A DNA stretch of 64,000 nt from positions 310,001-374,000 of the forward strand of contig NW_026250411.1 in assembly GCF_024521635.1 (NCBI RefSeq), given 5' to 3'. The notes below the pieces were generated by a model. That model was not told the origin of the DNA. It saw only the letters and a program-made list of their open reading frames with translations, and did not search any database. The position numbers were made by a program, and so were the translations under genes. Numbering within the stretch: the stretch's first letter is position 1; each line of letters begins with the position of its first letter. This document shows, in pieces, positions 32,586 to 44,323 of the stretch. Origin of the DNA: Tricharina praecox (Eukaryota).

Positions 32586-35500
32586 ATGCGCCTGGTTCCC
32601 CCCGCGAGCACTTCGAGGGCGCTCAGAGCAGTTGCATTCTCCGACGTCATCGCAGCACCTCGACCTCTTTGCGCCCGTATCCCAATATTCCGTACCACCA
32701 ACAACCAATCCCGGCGCAGCTTCTCGAACACCCTTCACACAATGTCCGGTACTCAGGGAATGTTGGCTGAGGCCTTCAGCGCGACCGTCAACGCCGCCAC
32801 AAATCCACCCCCGAATCCCGAGGACCACGGCTCTAAGGCCCACCACGTCAACGGCGGAAAGGGAGGCTTCGTCAATCCATGGGATAGGTTTGCATGAGCC
32901 TCGTCGACCGCGCGCGGGGGAAATCACAATGCTAATGATCGTAGTTGGCACGACGCGGGCATCGTGGCCATTCTGAAGGGGATAATGCAGTAAGACCCCC
33001 CGCCCCCCACCCCACTCTCCCCCGGACTTGCCGGATGGCCCGCTTCATTTCTCTGAAAACGCGTTGCAGTTACCGCAAGACGCATGGCGTGACGGGCCCC
33101 AAGACCGACCCGGCGCCAAACGTTGTCAAGCCAACCTTCCCAACCACCCGCTCCGCCACCGACACGCAGTTTCGTGCCACATGGCTCGGCCACGCTTGCT
33201 TCTATGTCGAGTTCCCCGGCGGTCTGCGAGTGCTCTTCGATCCGGTTTTCTCGGATCGCTGCAGTCCGGTGCAGTTCATGGGCCCGAAACGATACACCAA
33301 GATTCCGTGCGAAATCGCCGACATTCCCGTAGTCGACATCGTTTGCATTAGCCACAACCATTACGACCATACCGACTACGGCACTATAGTGAAACTCCAG
33401 GAACTTCACCCGAAAGTCCACTTTTTTGTCCCGTTGGGAGACAAGCAATGGTTCGCGACTCGAGTGCCGAATAGTGATGGAGGGAGCCGCATGCTGATCA
33501 CAGTACACCAGGTTCACCCGCTCCGGTTTCCACAATTGTACCGAGCTTGACTGGTGGGATGTGCGGGAAGTCGTGTTGGACCCGTCGAACGAAGGACAGA
33601 AGACCACCGTCGGGTTCCTACCATGCCAGCATACCAGTGGCCGCGGGCTTACGGATCGATCCATGACATTGTGGGGCAGCTGGAGCATTGAGAGCGGCGG
33701 GAAGAAAGTATATTTCGCTGGGTAGGTCAGAGTGCGCATCTTATCCCTTTTCTTGGATTCGGAGAGCCTTCCGGAGAGCGCGGCGCGTGATTTGCTGTGA
33801 TGCAAGGTTCGTAAGGCATCACCCCGACACGGATTATCAACCAATGGATCGGAGGGCCAGCGGTTCGAGGTCGTCCCTTGCTTTTGAGAAACCTCATACC
33901 GTCAAAACGGAGGAACTTTATAATTATACATTGCATTCGCATTGTATCTACTGTGTCCGACAAGGCGGCTTTCCGTCGAGATCGACCGGATCGTGCTACT
34001 TTGCCCTATCGTCTCGTGCCACGATACTCCAATCATCACCAACGTGATGGACTCTCTGGGATGTCGTCAGTCCCGCTGACAATTTCCGCGATGAGCGACG
34101 GAGTCGGTTACTCGACCGGTTCGCCTGTTGTTACCAGCCTGTGCATTTGGATGAAAGTCAGACTGATGCGAGATGTGCGGATAGTGATACTGGTTACCGT
34201 GCCGTTCCCCAGGAATCGGCAGGAAAGGACGACTACGCTGAGGAATACAAACACCTCCCTGTGTGCCCGGCGTTCAAGCAGATTGGAGAGCTACGAGGTG
34301 GCTTTGATTTGGGTTTAATACCTATCGGCGCTTACGTTCCCAGATGGTGAGTGTTCATGTTCTCGGTGTTTGCGTGCTGTTCGACTTTCCGTTTCCATCG
34401 CCCGTTCCCCCCTTTAGTGTCCGGTCGGCGCGAAGCCGGTCGGCACGTTGTGGAATCTGTGTGGTCGGCTTTCCGAGCCTATCATTGTTCCACGGTGACG
34501 GGAAACTAAGGCACCACACAACAGCTTGAGCTACGGACACGCCCCTCGGGGCACTTATTCCTGGGGGATGGTGCAGAAGCTACGCTTTTGATACACGTCG
34601 CGTTTCTTGCTTCATGAAGAATCACACCAAGGTTGATGATATGTTCCCCACCTTCCTTATCCCATCTCCTCCTTCAGCTGTCGTCTCACCGCGCGATGAT
34701 TGGCTGCCCAGTTGCTCGTCCTGCCTGTTCCAAATGCGATCGCTTGCGCGGCGCTATGCATGCAATAATCGTGTGACTAGACTGGGCACACCCTCCTTCT
34801 CAAAAGGGTGTGGGAGGAGATTTTGATTCAGACCAACTACTGGTGTCGAATAAATTTGTTTCCTTTTTTTTATCGTTATATTTTTTCTCACTTTATTCCG
34901 GTTGTTTCGGGGCGTCCTTGACCACGATCAAGATGAGAAGAATACGGCTAACGGACGCACAGGATCATGAGGTACATCATTGCCCCCCACATCGGCGACA
35001 GCTGAGATGAATGGGCGGCGCGCTGACGGAGTGATCGCGAATAGTCCTATGCACGCCGATCCGAAGGACGCGGTCAACATTTTTGTCGATACGAAGTGTA
35101 CGAAGGCGATAGCAATGCACTGGGTAAGTCTGCTTGCGTTCTGCTCTCTATTGCTTTACCCTTTGCTTCGGTCCGGTTTTGGTCGTGGTGGAGTGGGATG
35201 CAGGAGGGGGTGTGGGTGAAGGTGGTGGTGGTGGCGGCCGAAGGGATGGGGCTATGGAGAGCCCTGGTTGCATCGCACCGACGGAAATGACGATCCCGGC
35301 TTGGGGGGTGCGAACCTGGTGGGGTCCGTCGTGAGTAGTCGGTTCGGTCCGGCTGTGTGAATCCTCATGGTTGGTTAGGAGGGGGGGTGCTGTCGCACTC
35401 TGTGGTTGTTTCTTCCTTCCTCGGTGCGAGGTGGGGAAGGCGGAAGCAACACTCGTCCCGCTTAGGAAGAGGAAAATACTGTGCCCTTCCATAGCCTTCC

Positions 35501-36042
35501 TGACGAACCGCACTACCGTTCACGAAGGGGCCGCTGCCAGAAATCCGTTTCATTCCGTTTCCTCTGCGCACATTCTTCCGTCCTTGTTTTCGCTTCGCGC
35601 TTCCCCCTCCGCGAGCTACACTGTCTGCGCAGAGCCTTATGCCGAGCAGGGATATACCATTCCCCTCCCATCGCTTTTGCACTCGTTCTAGCCCAACAGT
35701 TTTTTTTTTCTGGTTTTTTTTCTTTCACAAGCTGCATCATCTCTGGCGTTGAGCAGCGGCAGTCTGGCTCGGTCTTTTTCGTTCAACTCCCTCTCTCAAA
35801 CACGCAGTAACCTTGCAGCCGATTCTGCTCTGGACACTCTACGTCTATCACTTCACTTCGCTTTATGTAGCTGGTCGCTGATGGTTGCTGATGGTGTGTG
35901 TGTGTGACAGGGAACTTGGGTGCTCACTGACGAGCCCGTTATGGAACCCCCGGAGCGGTTGCGGCGCGCGTTGAAGGAGAAGGGGATCGACGAGACTGGC
36001 GTGTTCGACGTGCTGGATATCGGTGGCAGCAAAGATTTCTAG
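32586..36042 (+). CDS. NAPE-PLD/Fmp30-like metallo-beta-lactamase-fold hydrolase, about 439 aa; exons 32586-32887, 32945-32989, 33070-33450, 33512-33721, 34185-34346, 34963-34971, 35045-35123, 35911-36042
   Basis: Motifs [68 protein letters not shown] and [13 protein letters not shown]. All seven introns are GT-AG and the frame closes (1320 nt). Confidence 0.92.
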
Positions 36043-38357
36043 ACGAAGCTGCCTGCGCTGGCTCTGGCTCTGGCCGGACCGACTGCGAGATATGAAATGG
36101 GATGGGATGGGAGGGATGGAAGGGATGGATGGATGGGATGAAGGGATAGATAACCCAGCATAGAGTCTCCTGTCCTGGATGGTTATACATACGATACGGC
36201 GGACGGCGGACGGGCGTTTGAAGGGTTGATAACGTATGGTGGTAGATATTCTCTTCTCATATAAAGATAGACATGTTTGTCGTACTCTACCTAAGTTACA
36301 TACTCTAAGGAATTTCGTACGGAACTGGGCAGTAATGAATTTGCATACATACCTCATACCTTCTAGTATGTATGTGGGCGATGGTATCCTCTGATTGGCG
36401 CGGATTACCCGTAACTACAGTAGTTATGTACAGTAGGCACAGTACAAATTATCTGGAGTACATGAACTAGTTAACGCATGGTAAGGTAAGGCCGAGAGTG
36501 GATCTCTTTCGTTTTTTTTTTGATTCGCCGACGTCCCGAATCAGAGACGTGGGCTTGAGATGAGATGGAGTTCGAGACTGTGCTGGGCCAGACATGTGTT
36601 TTGTGTCTCGAGTCGAGAAATCAATGTAGAGTAGAGTTTGCGGAGGTGGAGAGCGGAGAGGATCTGCGGAGGCGGAGGGTGGAGAGCGGAGGGCAGCGGA
36701 GAGTAAAGAGCGGTGAAGGAGAAGGAGAAGGTCCAAGAGGGATGAGATTATGTACCTACTCTACTAGTATGGGGAAAGATTCGAACCAGACAGACGGCAA
36801 GACATACAGCCCTGAGACAGACAGCCAGACAGCCAGCCAGCCAGCCAGCCCTGAGACATACAGCCAATGTGCTGTAGTTTGTTGCCGCGACTGCCGCAGT
36901 GCAGTGCAGTGCAGTACAGTGCAGGTTTTGAGTTTACATTCGCTTTGTTCTGTGTTTTCTTTTATATGTGTTCTTTTTGTAAGGCGGGGAGGATAAGCAT
37001 GTGGGTATTGCGACTCGCAAGAGGGGGGTTGCGAACGAGGTGTTTCTTTTTGTTTCTTTCTTGCATGTGCAAACTGCAGCCGTGTGCTGGAGCTGGAGCC
37101 ATTACGCCGGTCTTTGGGTTCTTTCACTTTTTTTTCTTCATCCTCCATGAGGAGGAAGCGGAGAGAGGGGCCGTCATGATACCTGGGTTTTCTCTTTCTT
37201 TTCTTTTCTTTCTATCTTTCGTTCTTTTCGTTCGTTCTTTTCGCGTGAGAAGCTCGTACTACTGCTCGAGTACTCTACTCCAGCAAAGCTTACAAAGCTC
37301 CGTGAGCTGCAGCTAAACAGATAGACAGATAGATGATAGACAGATATAGAGATATAGATAGCTGTAACGATACAGCTGTAGCCACGGCGCACGCAGATCA
37401 TCCTTCTCCGGCTACTAGTTACTGGTTACCTAGTAGAGTGTCCAAGGCAGCGCAGGGGGAGAATGTTCGCCTGTCCTGAGTGCCCAGTGCCCAGTGCCCA
37501 GTGCCCAATGCTCGTTGCATGTGGCTTCACCACGAGATACCTAGAATCTCGATACCTACGGTACCTATGTCTATATGTGTCCTTACCTACCTTACTATGT
37601 GACTATTATAACTGCCGCGGTACTGCAAGTCTCCACGATTCAAGACACGGCTCGCCCGTACCGTACCGTGCTCTACTAACTAGCAGTACCTAGTAGTAGT
37701 AGTTACCTCATACCGTACCGTACCGTATCGTACCGTGCCGTGGTCGATGCTGATTCACCCAGGCACGCTGCGCTGTATACTGCGCTGTCGACGTAGCATA
37801 CATAGGCCGCGAGACGGGCCAGGACGGTACCTAAGCAAGTGCGTTCCGGGGGAAGCGAGACCGCGCGAGCGAGCGGACGGGTAGTAACCCCGCCGGCCGC
37901 TGTCTCTCGCTCTCTTGCTCGCTCGCTTTTTCCTCCACTTATTCTAGTTTCCCTTTTTGGCGGTCTTCATTATTTTTGCATGTGCATCTATTTTTGCGAC
38001 CCTTTCTCGCGCCGTGCACGGCGTGCAGTCAGTGCTGAGTGGCCACTGCAGTGTGCAGTGCAGTGTGCACAGACTCCGGAGCGCACGGACTCTGGAACGC
38101 ATGGTCGGTCACTAACTTTCGGAGAAAAGATGTCGTGCTCTGCAGTCTGTGCCGCCGCCGCCGCCAACGACGACGACGACACACTGCGACGACATAGGCA
38201 CATTCGGCGGCGACATAGGCACATACGGCGACGACGACACACGGCGACGACCAGGGCGACGACGACGGCGACGGGGATGATAGTGATACATACGGCGACG
38301 GTGATGACATGCACAGCTGGCACAGAAGGCACAGAAGGCTCGGATTCAGGCGCAGGC

Positions 38358-38502
38358 TCAGGCAGGCTCGGGTTTAGGTTCGGGTTTTCGGGTTTTCAGG
38401 CTCAGGCAGGCTCGGGTTTAGGTTCGGGTTTTCGGGTTTTCAGATTCAGGCAGGCTCGGGTTTAGGTTCAGGTTTTCGGGTTTTCAGATTCAGGCAGGCT
38501 CA
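38358..38502. repeat. 44-bp minisatellite, about 3.3 copies
   Basis: Unit TCAGGCAGGCTCGGGTTTAGGTTCGGGTTTTCGGGTTTTCAG(G/A)(C/T) starts at 38358, 38402 and 38446, with a partial copy at 38490. Confidence 0.9.
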
Positions 38503-41500
38503 TGCCCAGGCTCAGGCTCAGGCTCAGGCTCAGGAAGGCTCAGGTTCAGGCTCCGGCTCGCGCATGAGGATTTGGAGTGGGAGTTGGGGAATGCCGGTGG
38601 CTGTTGCGCGGTGGGCACTAGAGTAGGCAGTGGGGAGGCGTTCAGCCCGGCGAGTGCTTCAGTCCGAGCGAATGCTCGTGTGCTGGATATCCCCCTCCAT
38701 CCCCCTCCATCCCACATCCCTACAGACAGCTGCTGCTGCTGCATATGAAGTGCGAACACTGAGCACTCACTCACTCTCGCCGTCGATGCGTTGGGGGGCT
38801 GAGACCCCACTACACCCATTCCTTCCTGATCCCCATCCTGCTCCTCATCCTCGTCCTCGTCCTCATCCTCGTTCTCGTCTGTCCCATCTATTCCATCTAT
38901 CCGTCTGTCCACTCTGTTCCATCTATCCCATCTATCCGTATCCCATCTATCCGGCTGTCCCCTCTGTCCGGATGTCCCCTCTATCCCTCTGTCCCTCCGT
39001 CCGGCTGGAGGCTGGGTGCGGATTGACATTGATAGGGATGAAGCCTGGGAATACGAATGGAGCCTGAGCCTGGTATGCGGATGGAAAGGATAGCCGTGGC
39101 TCTACATACCATGCCGTATAAACCCCACCGTACAAACCATACCGCCCATACCAGGAATGCATACAGCCCATCATCCATAGCCCATCATCCATAGCCCATC
39201 ATCCATGGAGGGAAGCAATAGTCGCGAAGTGTGTCGTGATGCGCGGCCTCGACGCCATGCAACTGCACAAGGCAGTTATGCATGCATGCATACAAGCATA
39301 CATACACGCATGCGTGATTTGGAAGGCCCCGGGGCCGCGCCTTGTGTGTGCGCACTGCGTGCATCTATGTGTGCATGAGTTATGTGCGAGAGAGAGAGAG
39401 AGAGGGAGAGGGTGTGGGTGTGGGTTAGGATGAGGATGGTTAGGTAAGCAAGCAGGTACTTGGCTGGGCTGAGGTAGAGCATGGTACTTCAGGAATGATT
39501 CGAAACTTCGAAACGTCGAACCCCGAGCGATATCAGCCCAGCCGCGCCCTGTCCTGCCCTGCCAGCCTAACTATCCCAGCCCGGTCCAGCCCATCCCAGC
39601 CGAGCCGTGGCCGTGGGAGATACACAGGTACCGGTAGGCACTTCACAAGGAACGGCAATCGACACTGGGATTTCCATGCTACTGCTACTCTGATAGCATG
39701 GTATGGCATGGTAACTACGGTACTCTACTCTAGCCCAAGCGTGGCCACTGGCCAGAACACCGAACACGAGGCTTGTCCTGACCTGTCGCACGGTCGGCGG
39801 AAGTATAACTCTCGTGTTAATGTGTCATCACATCACCCGAGCGCTCACCACCACCACCACCACCACCACCACCACCACCACCACTACCATCACTCTATAT
39901 AAAATCTCGACCGATAGTTATTGCCTGACCCTACCCACCAGTGCTCACGGGATTCAGTTTCGGGTTCGTTTCGTTGCGTTTCGTTTGCAGAGCTAGAGCT
40001 AGAGCTAGAGATCAGCATCATCATCATCAGCATCAGCGTTTCATCTCCCACGGCTACCCAGGTGCGACCTAGGTAGGACCTGGGTATGTATGAAGGCGGC
40101 ATAAACCTGGGAATGCATTCTATCCTCCCTCCCATCGTCCCTCCCATCGATATCGACACCGATCAGCATCATCATCGCGACCAGCCCGCCAAGCCCTACC
40201 AGACAGCCAAGCCGTCAGCCAAGCCATCCACCCACAAAAATATAGTACTTCACATACCTACATGTGCATTGTGGATGGCAGAAGGTGAGATGGTGGGGAT
40301 TAATATATATCCGGGTGAACTTGACACAGCGCCTCCGAGTCAGCGCTCCGCACGTCGGGAGAGGGTGGGTGGGATATTGGGTTGCAAACAGAAAAAAAGC
40401 AAAAAGCTAAAATCAATAGCTCGAGAGAGAGGAAACTGTATGTATGTAAATATCCGGAATATGGGATGTGTGGGGCATGCGAGCTGTGGGTTGATGTAAG
40501 CTCTCTATGGATAATTGTGGGGAGGGGGTGGTGGGGAAGGGGCGAGGGAGGGGACGATGCGATGCAATGGTGGTGGTGGTGATGTCGGGTAGCTGTCAGT
40601 TCGAGCTTGAGAAGCTTGGGCAGCTAGGGAAGCTCTGGTGGTGGTGGAGCTGGAGGTGGTGGAGCTTGTGGAGGAGGAGGGGGAGGAGGGGAAGGTGTAT
40701 GTACACAAGTATCTACACACCAGTATATACCAGTACAATCTACATACCGGTACATACCCGGGAGTCCCACCTAAGCACATAGGTTTACACATCAACACCA
40801 TCATTCAACACCATCAATCGGTAAGCAAGCAACCAATATAGATATCATTGCCCCATCGTCGGGACCAAGGTCCGAGCTACAACCGGCGGACAGCCGGCTC
40901 CATCCCCTTCCCATCCCCTTCACATTTCCAATCCCAATCCCAATCCAATCTCAATCCATCCATCACGTTCTCGCGCGCAAAGTACCTCGCGTGCTGCGTG
41001 GGTGCTGCGTGCTGCCTGCGTGTTTCACATCATGTGCACGATCGGGGGGCCATCGCTCTGTCTCCCTCTCCCTCTCCCTCTCCCTCTCCGAGGGTGGGGG
41101 AAGGGGGGGAAGGGAAAAGGTAGAGTACGTCGGAGGTACTCGGATCTCGGGCGGATTTTGCGGTGCGGTAGATGTATCGTCCATAGAGTGGTCGAGTAGC
41201 AGCTACCTGGAGAGCCCAGGGAAGACCCTGCGTTTCGAATGTACTTTGTCGTCACTGCGCTGCGCGGTATGGTGCGGTGAACGGTGCGGTTTGGCTGCCG
41301 CAAATACCTATCATCGCTGCTCATCGACGACGTGATGCAATCGGATCGATAGTTAAAGAACTAAAGCTCTCGAGGCCCCCGCGACCCCCGACCCCCACAA
41401 CCCCTACTCTGCACACCTTCGATTCGATGTGGGCGGGCGGGCGGCAATCCGACGAGTCGAGACGATGATGATGCCTGCCTGCGCCCCTCCTCCCCCCAAC

Positions 41501-42525
41501 CCTCGTATGTCTGTATGTCTTCCGTGCCCGCGGAAGTCGGGAGCGGTATGCGGTCGGTCGGAAGAAAAGGCGCGATTCGATTGATTCCTTTTATTTTACT
41601 GACGACAACTCGATCCATCCATCCATCCAGGTCGCGTATGATAACTACGGTGGAGTACCAAGGTCCACGCGAAACATGGCATGCTGAGTGCTCCCCCCCT
41701 CCCACCACCCCACCCCACCCCACCCCACCACCCGCCACCCACTTGAAAGTTGGTACGGTACTCTAGTTACCGTGCTCTGCCGTTATTTGTCGAGAGCCGA
41801 GTGCCCGCTTCGTCCACCCCGAGAGTCCAGACCCCCTCCCTCCCCGCAGCCCGAGAAATTCCGTGACAGCCAGCCAGCCAGACAGCCATGACCAGCCTCG
41901 GCCCGTTACATAGCTGGGCTGAGCTCATCTCGGTGTGTAGGTAGGTATCCATCTCATACCCCATAAACCGCAGCCCAAACGCAGCCTTCATCGCTCAATA
42001 TCCGTAAGCAGTCTACCTATAGTATAGCCACAGCTACCCCACAGCTCACAGCTCACAGCTCACCGAGAGATGGATAGAGATGGATGGATAGGGTGGATAG
42101 GGTGGATAGAGTAGATGGATGCCGCAGCTTTTCTGTGGAGACTGCGGAGACTGCGCGCTAGATAGTGGATGATAGTGGATAGACGCCGTAGCTCTCTGTG
42201 GAGACTGCGCGCTGGATAGTGATTAGATGGAGCTGGAGGGCATATGTACCTACGGGTAGCATAGAGCATAGAGCATAGCGGTAGCATGTAGCATAGAGCA
42301 TGTAGCATATAGCATGAAGCATGAAGCATGAAGCATGAAGCATAAAGCATAAAGCATAGAGCATAGAGCATAGAGCACAGAGCATATATCATCTGCCGGC
42401 CATCGATTCGGAAGTGACGCAAGTCGCGAGGTGAGGTATGATATGTACGGTATGTACGGTGGGCATGTATGTGTGTATGTAATGCAGGCGCACGCCCCAC
42501 ACGCAAGATAGAGCAATGCATTCGA

Positions 42526-42588
42526 TCGATAGTATCTACCGTAGTGATGAGTACCGTCGATAGTATCTACCGTAGTGATGAGTACCGT
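42526..42588. repeat. Exact 31-bp tandem duplication
   Basis: TCGATAGTATCTACCGTAGTGATGAGTACCG at 42526 and 42557. Confidence 0.9.
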
Positions 42589-44292
42589 AAGTAGTATGTA
42601 GTATGTAGTATGTAGGAAGTATGATATGTACCGTATCATCTACTGAACCACAGTTAGTTTGACTCGGAGACACACACCGCTCGCCCGCAGCACCACACAG
42701 CAGCACCGCACTTCTTCCCGTCTGCAAGCAAGCAAGCAAGCAGGCAGGCAGGCAGGCAAGCAACTTGAAAGCAGGAACTACTTGCCATAGAGTGGAGAGC
42801 ATCCATCGAAAGGCTCCCAGCTCGGGTCCGAAAGCCTGTCGAGAGATAATCCGGCAGCTGTCACGGAAGGAAGTAGTGGTCATTCACACACACACATGTA
42901 GAGTACCTCACATGCACCTCGGCACTCACACGGTCACTCAGACTCAGAAACCGGGCTGCGAAGTGCGAACCTGCGAACGTGATGATTCTGATAAATACTC
43001 CAGGTAACCAGATGGTTGCTTTTTTCTATGCAGCAGCTAGGAAGAGTAGCATATGTAGACACTTGAGTTCGCATGCAAGTCTCACAGTTCACAGCCGACC
43101 TGACTCGGTGATGCTGATGATCCGTATAGGTACTCTCGAGTAGTAGGCCAAGAATGTGTGCAGCCAATGGTATAATTCCGTTTCGATGATGGAATATGAA
43201 TCATATCAGTCGAATTCTGAATTCTGAATTCTGGCCGTTTCCTTGTTGGTTTGGTTTGGATTGGTTTGGATTGGCTGTGGCCCTGTGGGCCGGAAAGGCA
43301 GCATGACTCAACAAATGTCAAAGGGGGAAGGAAGGGAAGGGGAAAGGGAAGGGTCCTTGGGAGGAAAGGAAGATTCCAGTCCCTTTTTTTTGTTTCCTTT
43401 CCTTTTCTTTTCTCTAGTTTCTTTTCTTTTTCTTCATCTTCTCCCTCTTCACGATCCAGGCCAGCCTCGTGATGGGTATGTATCACGGCGGGATCATTTC
43501 CACGATGATCGGGACAATGAGACATACCTACGGCAGCGCGTGTGATGGTATATCTCATTTCTTCCAGAGCTCGGACGATAGTGAACGCGGTCCGGCTGAA
43601 GGAACGGGCTCTGAGTGGTGCGCTCCGAAGGGGGGGTTGTCGATAGAGTACGGTAGAGTAGAGTGTCGAGAGATGATCTCTGGGGGAGGGGGGGGGAGCG
43701 AGCTACCGGGCTCGGGATGCTTGCACTCTGCAGGACGTCATCGCCTGCACGAGCCTTTGTTTGGTTGGGGAGGAGGGAACGGGGAGAGGGGGGGTGATGG
43801 TCGCGAATGGTTGGTTTCTTTTCGTTTGTGTCCGCCCCGGCGCCCCCCCCTCCCCCCAAGTTTGAACTCTGGAGAGCTCTCTTCTTCGATCCATACTCAA
43901 CCCCCACCACCTCCACTGCCGCCCGGCCACTCAGAGGTTGCATGATCATGAGTGATTGACATGTATTTGGCGATCGATGGTATTGGAATTTGGGATGGTT
44001 GGGAAGGGTTGGGGATAGTTACCGTAGCGAACTACACCCCACACGAATACATTCCAGTGACCGGCCGGACACTCACTCACTCACTCACGAGCCACACGAC
44101 GGCCACACACACATTCCAATCACACACCACACACTCCCATCACACACACACGCACAGGCAGAGAGTTGACGGTTGAGACGAGGACCGGTTCGCCTCGCAT
44201 GGAGTACGCGTTCTCGTTCTCGCCCTCGTTCTCGCCCTCGCCCTCCGCCACACTCGTAACTCGTTCCTTCCGCCCTCTCGTCCCGTCTTTTT

Positions 44293-44323
<31 letters not shown>

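Noticed and set aside
34560..34612. Resemblance to an HDV/CPEB3-like ribozyme (GGGGG...GCAGAAGC...CACGTCGC)
   Set aside because: The P1, P3 and P1.1 pairings cannot be formed; only a simple hairpin is possible.
35273..35331. HDV-like ribozyme reading of the interleaved stems
   Set aside because: No 5' G in P1, no P3/L3 adjacent to P2 and no catalytic J4/2 segment.
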